Shown here: positions 36,581 to 49,997 of the stretch, in pieces | How positions within the stretch are numbered: position 1 is the first letter of the stretch | Layout: every line of letters begins with the position of its first letter | NCBI RefSeq assembly: GCF_018350175.1 | Contig: NC_058368.1 | Coordinates: forward strand, 215,142,001-215,206,000 | Length of the DNA stretch: 64,000 nucleotides | Direction of reading: 5' to 3' | Source: Felis catus | Taxonomy: Eukaryota | Program-made: the position numbers and the translations under genes | Notes under the pieces: model-generated | Databases searched by the model: none | The model's input: the letters and a program-made list of their open reading frames with translations, nothing else | Told to the model about the DNA's origin: nothing

Positions 36581-38242
36581 TAAATAAATAAATGTTGGCT
36601 TTTTAAAAAATTATTATTCTGATGAGGAGCAAGTAAGTGCAGTTAAGTGATTGTGCACTGTGGAGGCATAAAATTCGGTACTATCAACTAATCAGTATGC
36701 TCAGTCATCTGTTCTCACTTTACATCTAAAAATGTAAAGACCTTTTTGCAGCACTGCCTTCTCTGTTTATCTGAAGGTTATATTCAAATTCTTAGCTTTC
36801 TAAAAATCAAGTACACATCAAGAACCCAGAGAAATATCCCATCCATCACCAGTTTTTATCTTCAACAAAAGCATGTATTTGTCCTAATAAGATATTCATG
36901 GGATCTGTTAAATTCATTTATTGACTTCTAGATTGCACCAAAATATAGCAGCAGAATTGAGTCATGCAGATGACTGCAACAAAGAATGAATGGTTGGAAA
37001 CTAAGTGTGCCATCCTATTCATTGTCTTACGTTTTAAATAGAGAAGAATGCCATAATCTATAATTTAATTCAATGAGATTTTAAGTAATGGTACATACTG
37101 CTGTCTATGGTTCAAGCAATATAGTCACAGAACTCCTATTTGACAGGGATTGGGACACTGTCCCATTTCTGATCGATTTAAGTTTAACAACAGATGGACC
37201 CCTCATAAGGAATGAAAACAGTGAGCGCAATAGAATGCTACCTGGAAAAAAAATAATGTGTCAAAATCCTCTCAAAGTAAATTAAAATTATAAGATTTGA
37301 GATTTTGTTTGGATTGGTTTGGTAAATGCTATTTTTTGTTAATGTCTGCAAGTCTCCACTTTATAATGAAAAAAGATTTTGAGTACTTAGGCAACATGTG
37401 AAGTCTCCTAAAGATTTTGCTGTTTAGAACTCTCTGGCTATACTATGCACATAATGAATTGTCCCCCTTGATGTGATAAATTATGTACTAGAATAATGGA
37501 CAGATCAATCAGTGACGCTGTGTAAGTGAAACACACAGCTTTTGGCAAAGCAGGGTCTACATGTTTACATTTATCACCCAAATGCCTTGACTTTGATGTA
37601 GACCTTTGAGAAGCATTTATTAATCATGATTTCATTAAAATTTTTGGCAAACTAATGACTTTTATTTGTCAGAAATATTGCTGATGATATACTGGTGGTG
37701 TCCAAAACCACTAATCTTCTTTTTGCTACTTAGCCTTCTGTGCGATTGTTAAACAATAACTTTCATGAGACATCATACTTTAGATTACTAGAAAGGTCTT
37801 GGTGTCAGAACTAATCTGATTGTATATCTGCTGGTAGCAGAATGCTGTATAGTCCAGTACAGCTCTGTTGGGATTCACTTACTCACCTCATCTGTTGAAG
37901 AATGATGACTTCTATTCTAGGGGAAAAAGAGTTTTTTTTTTTTTTTCCAGTAATACACATGGAATGATTAATGGTGCCAATTATTAGTATTTTAGTATAT
38001 TTCAAAGGTTATGAAAATTTTGGATTTGAATAAACCACTCAAAATAATGAGGTGTATTTTCTTGTGTGACCTCTTTTAATTCCATGAATATAAGCATATA
38101 CTGTGATATAAACTCTAAGCAAGTTACTCTGTGGGTAAAAAAAAAAAAAAATGGACTTTTCCCCAACACTAAGGAGTGTACAATCTACATAGCAAGACAA
38201 AAATTGTCATTAAAGCAAGAGACTAGTAAATGCAGTATATAT

Positions 38243-38446
38243 TCAACGTTTATTTATTTTTGGGACAGAGAGAGACAGAGCATGAACGGGGGAGGGGCAG
38301 AGAGAGAGGGAGACACAGAATCGGAAACAGGCTCCAGGCTCTGAGCCATCAGCCCAGAGCCTGACGCGGGGCTCGAACTCACGGGCCGCGAGATCGTGAC
38401 CTGGCTGAAGTCAGAGGCTCAACCGACTGCGCCACCCAGGTGCCCC
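38243..38446 (-). mobile_element. Young felid Can-SINE lacking its poly(A) tail
   Basis: Diagnostic tgggacagagagagacagagcatgaacggggg...gccatcagcccagagcc; flanks cagtatatattcaac and cagtatatgttaac. Confidence 0.95.
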
Positions 38447-39319
38447 AGTATATGTTAACAAAATACCTACAAATAGTAAAATGAAAGACTGGGAAATGAA
38501 TAATACAAAATATAGTAGTCTGTTACTTTGAAAAGGGAAAGAAATCTGTGATTTTTTTTCCTATAAATTGTATTTAGTAGATGCAAATAACAATTAGGCT
38601 AATAATTTAAAATTACCTAGGAAAATATTTCTTGGTGTTAAAAAATAATTATTGAAATATATTCTTGAATCAGTTAAAAACGAAGGTATTAACTCTGTTT
38701 TTTTTCTATTTTCATAAAAAACTAAATTAATATAATTAATATAACCTTTATTCAAAATTACTAAAAGAATGTTTGAGTTAATTTTCTCAACTCAAAAATG
38801 GGTAAAAAACGGGTGCTTCATGTGGTTTTATTTATTAATTAAAATCACCCAAATGAACCAAATTTCGTAGGTTCCATGTTGCCAATCCAGGAGTCCTCAG
38901 TCTTAAATTGGTAATTAGATATTTTTGTGACTAAATAGAAATGAACTTGAACCAGTCTCAAGACCATAGATTTCACCAAACAGTTGCAAGCCAAAATCCT
39001 AATTGGCCTGTCACTAAAACTCTCTAGAATTCATCAGCCCCCACCAAAGAGAAGAAGACATTGTAAGAACCAAGTCTCTTAGTGGATATTGTTTTTCCCA
39101 TTTATCCTCTGATTGTTGATTTTCATAAAATGCAGGATTTCCTTAACTCAGTTTTTTTGATGTTGCACATAGGCTTAACCCAGAAGAAACTGTTATAAAT
39201 TGAAGTGGATTACCTCTGAAGGCAATTCTTTGTTTTCTTTATTATAATTATATGAGTGCATTTAGATTTATAAATCAGGTGCATAAATGACTTTGATATT
39301 TTTTAAAGGTAAATATGTC

Positions 39320-39470
39320 ATTTTAAAAATGGCCAGGAGAAGAGCATGCCAGTCAGAGGGAAGAGCAAACAAAGGCCCAGAGTCAGGAAGAAACTTGGTA
39401 TGTTCAAGAAATTAGGGTGGGATGGGATTAGATTGCTAGAGCATAAGAGGACACTAGTAAAAAGAAGAGA
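39320..39470 (-). mobile_element. L2 remnant
   Basis: ggaagagcatgccagtcagagggaagagcaaacaaaggcccagagtcaggaagaaacttggtatgttcaagaa. Confidence 0.7.
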
Positions 39471-39970
39471 AATTACAGAATAGCGGACTATAAAAGGCTC
39501 CTCTGAGTGTATTTCTGCCTCAAGTTTGCTCTCTGAAAGCACTTGATATCTGGAGATGGTTGAGTACCCCCATGTTTGATGCACACTCCACGTATATCCT
39601 TCCCAATTAATTCCAAAGGCCACTCAGGAAAAAGGATTGTGTGTTTTTTCTTTGTCCTCACTCTCCTCAGTCCCAGCAAAGGATCTGAAGCATAGTTAAT
39701 CCACAAAGTATATTTCATTTTCTTTTTGTTAACTAGAGATCAAAGAGGGTCTTAGAGATGTAGTTACAACCCATAACTTTATAATCAAAAGAAGATGAAA
39801 ACAAGTGGTAAAACAAGTAGTACTTGGTAGAGCTGGGATTATAATTTATGATTCTAGTCTCCTAATGCAGAGTTGCAAATTTACCTGGCATTGTTATTAT
39901 AAGTATAAAGGCATAAAGTAAAAATATTCCTAATAAGCCAAATAAAAATTGGGAGGTTCAAGAAATTTTA

Positions 39971-39994
39971 CTTTTTTAAAGTTTATTTATCTGT

Positions 39995-40033
<39 letters not shown>

Positions 40034-40157
40034 CCCAAGCAGGCTCCACACTATCAGGGTAGAGCCAGATGTGGGGCTTGAACTGACAAACCATGAGATC
40101 ATGACCTGAGCTGAAATCAAGTTGGATGCTTAACCAACTGAGCCACCCAGGTGCCCT
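39971..40157 (-). mobile_element. Can-SINE (gagaatcccaagcaggctccacact type)
   Basis: Flanked by ggaggttcaagaaatttta and ggagggtctaagaaatttta. Confidence 0.93.
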
Positions 40158-40577
40158 AGGAGGGTCTAAGAAATTTTAAAAGCTCTTTAAGAGCTAAATA
40201 TAATATGAATAGTTGTTTAAAATAGACTCCGAAACCAAACTTGTTTTGTTGTCATTCTTTTAAAAATCAATTTAGAGATTATCAAATGAGAATCAGAGAA
40301 GGGTATGTTTTCCTCTTGGATGAAATGCATATTACCTTGACCCCATAATTCTAGTTTCTCTAAATGAATTTAGTATGCTTTGTGATGAAAATATCAAATC
40401 CTTACTAAAGTAAATAAAAGAAGCATCAGCAAAAGTAGACTCCAATAAGGGTATAGTCACTGTATATTTTCATTTTATTGTCAAATTTTAGAAATCAGCT
40501 TATTGTAATACATATAAAGAGAAAAATACATGTTTAAACCATTTAAGCACTTAATTTTAAAGTGTGTGTACTCTTTA

Positions 40578-40790
40578 ATTTTTTTTTAATGTTTACTTAT
40601 TTTTGAGACAGGGAGAGACAGAGCATGAATGGGGGAGGGTCAGAGAGAGAGGGAGACACAGAATCTGAAGCAGGCTCCAGGCTCTGAGCTGTCAGCACAG
40701 AGCCTGACGGGGGGCTGGGACTCACAGACTGCGAGATCATGACCTGAGCTGAAGTCAGACACTTAACTGATGGAACCACCCAGGCGCCAC
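40578..40790 (-). mobile_element. Can-SINE
   Basis: 19-bp TSD aaa(g/c)tgtgtgtactcttta at 40559-40577 and 40791-40809. Confidence 0.96.
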
Positions 40791-41273
40791 AAACTGTGTG
40801 TACTCTTTACTCTTTTTGGCATCATCCTGTATATAAATGTCAACCAAATGAAAACAATGAATTTTAAAATAGTATTTTTTTAATATCTATGCTTGCAGTA
40901 TGCACAATGCAGTAAAATCAGTCATGTTAGCATGAGATACATCTTACTAAATATCAAGTTTCATTTAAGAGTAATGATACAAGGAATATGAAATTAGGTT
41001 GTTTTAAGGGTAGTTTATATAAACTCTCTTTAGTGAAAAAAATGTAACAGAGACATGAACTATGGATCAAAAAATTCCACACTGTTTAGAAGAATGTGCT
41101 TTTCCTGAGGCAGAAAATGCACTTTATCTTCAAAAAGCTTACTTAGTATATGTTTTTGGCTCATATCCCTAAAATGTCCCCTTGGCTTCTGTTCCATTTG
41201 CTTAGTTTACCTAATTTGAGAAAAGTTTCCCTTTTCAACACAAGTGCTATTGCAATAGCTCACTTCAAGATTC

Positions 41274-41304
<31 letters not shown>

Positions 41305-42003
41305 AGGTCATCAGTCCAACTACCTCAGTGGAGGAGAGACGAGCCTGTTAAGGACTCTTAGGGTATTATCAAATACATGCCTTTCCTGACAGTTATCAGG
41401 GCAAGAGGAGGAGGGGAAGACTACCTCTACAATGTGGAAGCTGGCCGCTGTGAATTAGGCCAGAGGACTCATCTTATTGTCAACCACATATTGTTGACAG
41501 TGGAAACCTTGAGGATGAAGCCAGAACTTTACTTCTTTAGCGCTAAAGCTGCCATAGAAATTGAATAGTAGAATCCCTCGTTTTATAAGTAAGGAAACTG
41601 ATGCCCTGAGAAAATGTGTTTTATACCACAAGTTTGTGAAAAGGTAGTACACAATCTTAGCCCATTGCTCTTTCATATTATCCACTGAATACAATTTTAC
41701 ATGGTATTTATTTATCAGGCATCTATCTTGTACCATTCATTTCCTCATTGGAAACATGGCAATGAGCCACAAAAGACCCCATTCCTACCTACCTTCATGG
41801 AACTTAAATAATGTGAATTATCTTTATAGATATTTGTATAGTAGCTATTAAATAAGGTTCAAAAAACAAACATTTGTTTTTAATAGACTTTAAAGTATTG
41901 TATGTATATTTTCTTTAACCAAGTGACACATTAAATCACCAACAGTCAGAAACTCACTTATTCATTGTCTTATAACCCTTAGACTATTTAAAAAACAAAT
42001 CTT

Positions 42004-42235
42004 TTTTTTTTATTTTTTTTTAAATTTTTTTTCAACGTTTATTTATTTTTGGGACAGAGAGAGACAGAGCATGAACGGGGGAGGGGCAGAGAGAGAGGGA
42101 GACACAGAATCGGAAACAGGCTCTAGGCTCTGAGCCAACAGCCCAGAGCCTGACACGGGGCTTGAACTCACGGACCGTGAGATCCTGACCTGGCTGAAGT
42201 CGGACGCTTAACCGACTGCGCCACCCAGGCGCCCC
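42004..42235 (-). mobile_element. Young felid Can-SINE
   Basis: Perfect 13-bp TSD aaaaacaaatctt at 41991-42003 and 42236-42248; CpG-rich head. Confidence 0.97.
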
Positions 42236-44169
42236 AAAAACAAATCTTGTAATAAAATTATGCTATCATATCCCAAGATTTAAATTCTAAAAACTTATGT
42301 TTCTCCAAGAAGTCCAGGATTGTCTTCTAGCCAACCCACTATTAAAAACAATATGTTAACTGAGCAATTGATAATGTCCTTGAGTTCATGGAATTTCTCG
42401 CCCCATTGAGCCTTTGACTCTCTTGCATAGAAAACAAAATGATAAAGAATGAGGAATAATATATTTGGAGGATATTGTATTTTCTTGAGAAAAAATAAGA
42501 ATGCAAATTAAGAGTGTGTCTTAATTTTATACTTCATAAATTATGGTGGTGGGCACAAATTTCCTGGCTGTAAACAATGAAAATTTGGTTACTGTGAATC
42601 AAACGAGGAATCAAAATATCCAAAGCTACATTTTCAGTTAAGCAATTTTGTTTATAAACTGTTCAAATTACATAGAAAGAATGATCTCAGAGTTGAAAGC
42701 AATAATTTTGTTGTTAATTACGTTAATATTTAACTAAATTTTCTGTTTTCCTTTTCCTCTAAAGATAATTACAATGAGCTGGTCTTTTGCTGCCTCCGCT
42801 CTATTCCAGGCCTAAACATATGGGAACAAAGCAAAGCTTCACAACTTGAAGGAATGGTTTGTTTATAGGGATAGAAGGAACAGAACCCTGAATTAGCTTT
42901 CCACTCTCCATTGACATAACATTAGCCAAATGGTACTGACCTCAGTTCCGATACTGTGGGTGGCTTTGTACGTTCTGCTTTTGTGTGTTTTCTTAGGCAA
43001 TAAAATGAGGGTATTCCAAATGCTCCAAAGGAAGACTTGGTAAAATATTTACAGTGTGCAGCCTGGATAATAATGTGAGTTTGTGGATGAGACAATGTCA
43101 AAGGAAAATATTATTATCATAGAGAAAAATAGAGCTGCTCGTTATCAGAACCACTGATGCTGCTAGAAGAGAGAGCAGGAGGAGTATAAAAATTTGTTTG
43201 TGCCTGTGTTTTCCTTCCTGTTGATGAGCTTGTTATGTAGGAACAAAGTATTCATTTTAACCTTGCTTAGGCATTCTTGATAGTTCACTGAAAGAAATAA
43301 TATAAAGCAAGAAATAAGAGAAATGTATCGCTAAGAAAATGATTTATATCTGTAATATACTTAATCCTAAGGAGCATCAGATCAAGTGTTATTCTCCTAA
43401 AACATTTTTTAAAATAATGATAACAGAAGAAAGTGTGGTAATCATAAGCATGATTCTACACCAATGATATCATATTATTTCTTTCAATATTATTTAAACC
43501 TCCTAGAGCATAATGCACAGTAGGCAATGATCTTTCTTAGGTTAGACCATGCACAGTATTATTTTCAACTACTTTGCCCAATTTGGCTAATTATTCTAAC
43601 TGTAAATGTCAGATGTTGTCTACCAAACGATAACTAATAACATTTGGAATACTTATTAATTATAAGGTTAATGAAAATGTTAAAATATTTGAGAACAGTG
43701 GAAGTTATACTATGGAATACACTGCATATACATTTTCTGTAAATTAAGACAAAAAAATTTCAATCTAAAAATAGTGATAGGACCTAGATAGATATTTTAT
43801 TAATAAAATAATTTCATATGCCCAGAAACCTAACTGATAGTCTATTGGGGTTCAGATGCTAATTTTCAATTTCCTCCTAACCATGACATTTTAAAACCCT
43901 GCACTAAGTCTCTGTTCTCTTTCGTTTTAAATTTATCTTGTTGTGTTACTGATCCTCTTGTCTGATCACGCTATTCATGTCTACATCATCATGCTCTTGG
44001 CTGACCATACCCTTTAATTAGTATCCATATTACTATGTACAGAAAACTCTAAGTCTCCAAATAGTCAAAGTTTACAATAATTACATATTGTAGTCATACT
44101 TTTTAAAAGGGGTTATTTTGCTTTAAACACTATTTTTTAAAGAACGCCTTCAGTATTATTTTTGTGTGC

Positions 44170-44900
44170 TAATAAGGGCAATTCATGATAATTGCTCTAA
44201 TAACCACAGAAGCACAGTGGCTTCAAACCATTTCTTGTTAATATCATAGTTTAATGAGGGTCAGTTGACTCTCCTGGGCATCGCCTCCATGACACTTTCT
44301 GAATATTGCATTCCATCTCTCTCCCTATACATAGTATGCCCTCAATTTTGCCCCAAGAATGACAACACAAACTTCCATCATCCAGTCTCCACAGACCAAA
44401 TCCCTAATCTCCAGTTTATCTACAGCTTTGTGCATCAAGTTCAGATAGCTCCCTTTTCAGAAAGTTGACCTATGAATGTTGACAAGTTATTGCATGTGCA
44501 CGCATGCACACACACACACACACACACACACATCCTTAATATACAAGAATGGAAGAGTGACAAAAATAACTGACTAAAATCTCATACTTAGAAAAGGAAA
44601 GAATGAAAGACATGTAAAATATCTGGTCTATCTGATTCTTGAAATCTGCAGAATCCAGATAAGGATACAGGTATTTGGGCTTCTTTCATTATGTGTCTTC
44701 ATCATATCATAATTCTTTGAATTCATCTGTGAGAGCTGAGGTCAATATATTATGCAAAAAAATGGAGACTTTTCAAAGGACAGGTTTATAATGTCTGATT
44801 TCTTTGGTCAAAACAAAGTCACATCTAGAATTAAGAGGTGACTGGTAGTATAGTCTTCTTGTATGACTAGTAGAAAAATGAATTGGCTTGAGAAAAATAA
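44170..44900 (-). mobile_element. Probable old MLT1 LTR remnant, interrupted; (CA)n at ~44507-44532
   Basis: gctctaataaccacagaagcacagtggcttcaaacc... and tttggtcaaaacaaagtcacat...gactggtagtatagtct. Confidence 0.45.
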
Positions 44901-45431
44901 ACTTATATTTGCCATATCAGAATGGTTTGTGTTCTCCTGACTATGCAATTCTTCCCTTTTTATAATATCAAATCAACAGATTGTATTCTATCTACATTCT
45001 GCCTTCTTCACTAAAATGAAAGTGATATCTTTAGAATAATTCTTTATTGCAGTAGCAATAACTTCATTGTTGAATCTAAGCTGTACTCAATCCTGCCTTA
45101 GATAGTAACATGAAAACCAGGATACTTTTTGTGTAATATCATCAACCTCTTCTATGATTACAGTGGCAAGGAGGATTCTGTAGTTTGGAATTTATCTGTA
45201 GTTATCTAGAAAACAGCAGGACTGGCTAGACATAGGTTTCTTATCTGAGTGCTATTAGCCAAAGTTCAAATTATTTAGAATAATATTTGAATATGTTAGT
45301 TTGGTCTTTTGGGCCACATAAGCATGCTCTTTCTACTCGACATGTATATTCTTAGTATTGTAGGCATTGGTTATGAAAAGCCACATCTACATTTTGGTCT
45401 GAACCAATTTCTCCCTTTTAATATTTATTTG

Positions 45432-45771
45432 TGTCAAAAGATAAACTGAGGTATGTTAAAACTTTCAAGAGTTTACTAGATTTTATCTATTTGAATCTGG
45501 CATTGCAAAACTGAAAGTGGCTAGGGAAATCTTTTTCTATGATGTAGCTGGAAACAGAACAAGGAAATTATTTGATTGGCTGTAGTTGGTGTGGTTGCCT
45601 TGGTTGGGAAAACCTAGTATGGTATTTATCATTGGTTGTTCTTAAATTTCACTTTCTTAGATATAAGTGCATTTACAAAATTGACTGTGGCTTAGATTTT
45701 GATTTGCTTATGTAGGCTACCAAAGCACTAGAACTACCTCAGTGGAATGGACTCTGTTTAATTATTTAACA
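45432..45771 (-). mobile_element. ERV1-class solo LTR (MER67-like)
   Basis: TG...CA termini; reverse complement starts tgttaaataattaaacagagtccattccactgaggtagttctag...cctacataagcaaatcaaaatctaag and ends cttttgaca; CCAAT boxes (attgg on plus). No clean TSD. Confidence 0.75.
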
Positions 45772-47103
45772 TGTACAAGGATATAGGCACAGTATTAACA
45801 AATGAGCACTTGCTATAAGTTTGTCTATAGTGATTACTTGTTTTTGTATAGTTACTAAGACACTTAAATGATTATGATACTCTATAAAATACACACTTTC
45901 TTTCTTAAAGTGTAAAAATGAGTAAGTGTAGTCTACTGAAACAATTATAATTTATCCCTAAACATCCACAGAGGGTCATTATTTGATGTCATCCAGTTCT
46001 ATGCATTGTCCAGCACAGGCACTTCTGAATTGAGGACGCATTGCATCTTTGAAGCAGGGAGTGATCATTAGAATTATTAGATGCTTACAAACAAGCAAAC
46101 AAACAAACAAAACCAAGTCATTTTTATACCCAATTTGAAGTTATAATCTTGCAAGTGGCAATGTTAAAATTAAGCTTTGTTCTGATATTCCGAACATAGA
46201 ACCCCAACAGATCTTAATGCTATGATAAAATTCTCCACAGTGCTTTGAATTGAAACACGTTTGCATTTTCAAAAATACTGAACTAAAAATAAACGTCTAA
46301 ATGACATAAAAGTAAAATTAAAATTAAATATATTTATGTATCTGTATTCAGTCCATCTGAGCATAATTTAAAATTCTCATCTAATGTTAAACAGACAACC
46401 TCATCCAATCCTGAGTAAATCTTCCTTTGAACAAGCATAAACTCTGGTAATGGCATGAGATAATTCTGTTTTCTTAACCCACCATTTGAATGGTATGACC
46501 TTGAAATTACTATATGTCTTCAAAATTAGATCACCGAAGATATTTAGATGCTTTCCACTTAGGAGAGTTTACATTTTTATTTGAAAGAAATAAACTCAAT
46601 AATTAGCCTTATCTCTTTTCCTACATAGTTAATCTATTTAGTCCCTAGAAATTTTAGAATTATAAAATTTGTTATTCAAAACCTTTAAGATTCAAGAAAT
46701 TGAATCCTCCATTAGGTAAAGGAGGAAAATATAAGGATGTGGGGTCCAAGGATGATGATACACTTTCTTTTGGTCACAAGCACGCTCTTCCTCAGTCAGG
46801 AAGGAGCTTTGGCTACTCCACATATGGTATACAAAAGGCAGCCCAAACCCTGAGTTATGCCTCACGTTAAGTGTATGCAAATCCAGCTAACTAGAACAGC
46901 TAGAGAAGAGATCCAATAGCTAGAAGAAGAGAAGGTTTCAAATAACATTTGCACACAAAAAAATACAAACAAAGAAAAACGTCACTTTAGTTTTCCGTAG
47001 AAAGCTTAAAGCTCATTGTCTAAAGCATATCTAATTTTAGTCTTCAACCTTCCTTCCTCATAATACCAATTTCAGTTAAAAAGGCTGCACATATTTATTT
47101 ATA

Positions 47104-47106
<3 letters not shown>

Positions 47107-47149
<43 letters not shown>
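47107..47149. repeat. (AT)n microsatellite
   Basis: Directly visible perfect run. Confidence 0.97.
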
Positions 47150-47152
<3 letters not shown>

Positions 47153-49009
47153 GTCTTACCGAGAAGTATGTATCCATGTCAGTTTTACTGGTTCTAAACG
47201 AAAAGAGCTTTGATGGAATTTTTCTTGAGTGAGAAATTGAAAGTTTAGTTGGAATTAAAATTAAATACAAAAAACGGATTAAATCTATTCTGGGAAACTT
47301 TTAGAAGCAGTTTATGTATTTTATTGAAAAATGTCACATCATAGCTCAACAGATTGTTTTGTGTTAATCTACCATATTATTTCAACGGAGGTACTGGCTT
47401 GAAAAAAATACTGCTCCATTTAAATGCTAATGTAGATACTGCTAGGAGGTCTCTTCAAGATTATGGGTTCTGAGTACTCTAGTTATAGAACATTTGGCCT
47501 TTATAGATAAAGTTCCTTTACTTTAGTTAAAAAGCTGTATCTATAAAAGGAAAATGACTTTGTCACTCCGTCGGTTCCTAATATTATTAAATATTTATTA
47601 AGATTCAACAGTACACTAAACATTTATAAAGTAAGAATAGAATAGTGTTTACTTTAATTAAGCTAGTATCTGAAGACTCTTAAGGGAGATAGACGCATAG
47701 TACACACGTTTACGCGTTGCTTTTCTGGACAGGGATAGGATTCAGACTCAGAATAGTTTCTCTGTTTTGTTTAGTCTTATGGAATTAGAAAAAAATTACT
47801 TAAAAATTCTCTAAGTCCATGGTAGTAATCTCTGTAAAGACAGATACATCCTGGATATTGCCCTTACTGCATATACTTAACTTTATGATGTGCTCTTTTG
47901 ATTTTGATTTTGATTCTACTAAACAATGTTGGTATCCAGAATAAAAAAAAATATGTATGTTTATGGCTCATATTAAGACACTGTAATTTTTCTGTAGTAT
48001 ATTGAATCACCAAACTGTTAGAACCTCATGGGACATCTCTCATGAGATACACTCATCCACTTTGCCAGGAAAAAAACTTAAGTCCCATTGGCAGTCCAGT
48101 GCTTTTATCAACCTGTCAATCAGGGAGACAGACAGACATTCAAAAGAGTTAAAGAGTTGTGCATCTAGCCAGAAACAAACAAACAAACAAAAAGATACAT
48201 TGGGAACCTAAAATAAAAGCCACTGTCTTCTTTCACGCAGATAAACAAGACCCTAATTGTAGAACAATTCCTATTCATCTTTAATGTGTTTCCTGGAAAT
48301 GATGTGTGTTTAATGAGTTCACCTTTAATGTGTTTCCTGGAAATGATGATTCTAAAGCATTTTCCTTAGAGTGAGTTAAACCTGCCTCAAAATGAAGTGC
48401 TTGGTAAGAGAAAAATTCAACATATTTGTAGAAAAAAAAAAACAAACTTTTTTTTTCTCTCTCTCGGGATACAAGACAAGAAGAAGAAAGCTTCTTTCTT
48501 GCCAAGTGATCCTCTATTATTAAAATATTTCCAATACTTATATGATAAATTGCTCCCCCTTCAAAGTGAAACATTTCTCCTTAATTTTCAGGATTATATA
48601 CTACTATTTTTTAAGTTACCATCACACAAATACACAAAGACCAAAGACTAGGTATAAACTTCTATGCTTAATCTTTTTAACCAAATAAGGAGAGTGGGAA
48701 TGACTCTTCGATGCTACTGTGTGCCAAGAGGTGACCCAACACACTCATAACAGTCTTGAGTTACTGTGCAGTGTTCATTGGTGCAATGGATACCATTTGG
48801 CCTCACATGACAGAAAAGGGTTATTTGCCTATTTAGTTCACCTTTGTTCTTTTCTCATCATGCTGCGATATATCCAGTGAAACTAGTTGGTGTCCAAAGC
48901 CAAATACAGAGAATGAAATCTCCTCTTGTACTTGGTGGTGAGGATGATGAAGATGATGACAGAGGTGGTGGTAAATGATGATCATTAGGAACATGATTAC
49001 AGACATGAT

Positions 49010-49150
49010 CACTGTATTGAACACTAATTTAGGACCTCCTATATGCTAAGCATTGTTTTTATTTTAAATGTATTATCTCATCTAGTTATGACAATAACCC
49101 TATGAAGTAGCTAATATGGTCGTCCTCTTTTTTAGATAAGTAAAATCATA
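49010..49150 (-). mobile_element. MIR remnant
   Basis: atgctaagcatt...tgtattatctcatctagttatgacaataaccctatgaagtag...ttttagataagtaaa. Confidence 0.7.
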
Positions 49151-49997
49151 TATAGGAAGATGGAAGTACCTATATGCAAGCCCTGCCTATCATTCTATAA
49201 CATCCTAGGTCAATCTAATTATACAGTGTACAGTCATATTTATTAATACTCTCAATATATATGACATATACTTTATATATATCATATGTATTTAAAAGAT
49301 TGTACAATAATTTGAAGTTCTGAAAATAGTAAGTTCTTGAATTCCAGTTTACGATCTATCTCCATTTTTATATCACTGGTAGAAAGTATCTGTATATACT
49401 CTCTTAAAGTGACCACTCTGGACCACTCTTTAGCTCGCTCTCCTAAACTGTCTCTAAGGGTTAGAGGTAACAAATATTCTGTTTAATATATCATGACTGC
49501 CTTAGTTTCTTTACGCAAAGTAAAAAATACAAAGATCATGGTGCGATTTCTAGTAATTTACACATTCAGTCATTTTCTTTATTAGAAGTTTTTACATTGA
49601 CATTTTAAATTGTTTTGGCTTAACTCGGTGACTCAATTACACATTCCACAGTGTTAGAAAGAAATGAGTGGTCCAAAAGTTGTGTAAAAATATATCCTGA
49701 TGTGAGCTTCCTGGAAGAGTCAGACCAGATTAAAGTGGGAAGGTATTTGAAAATTTCCTAACATTTGTATAGTTATGGTGAGTTGCATTTACTTTATCTT
49801 CAGTGTAGCCTGAAGTGAGAGTTTGATATATAGGGAATATTATTTTCTCAGAGCAGGCTAGTTCTATTCAACATAGCATAAATACTTAGGTATTTCAGGC
49901 TGTTCAAAGAGACAAGCTCAGTAATTCAAGACAACCACCCTTTTCCTTCTCCCCGGCAGATGCGTATGCTCCCTCTGCATAAAAATGATGCAGTTCC

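Noticed and set aside
48274..48348. CRISPR-like repeat-spacer-repeat (also 25721-25806)
   Set aside because: Only two copies, spacers of 13-18 nt derived from the repeat itself, mammalian context and no cas genes.
48833..49024. His-rich 63-aa ORF
   Set aside because: Low-complexity (GAT/GGT)-rich sequence adjoining a MIR remnant, with no gene support.
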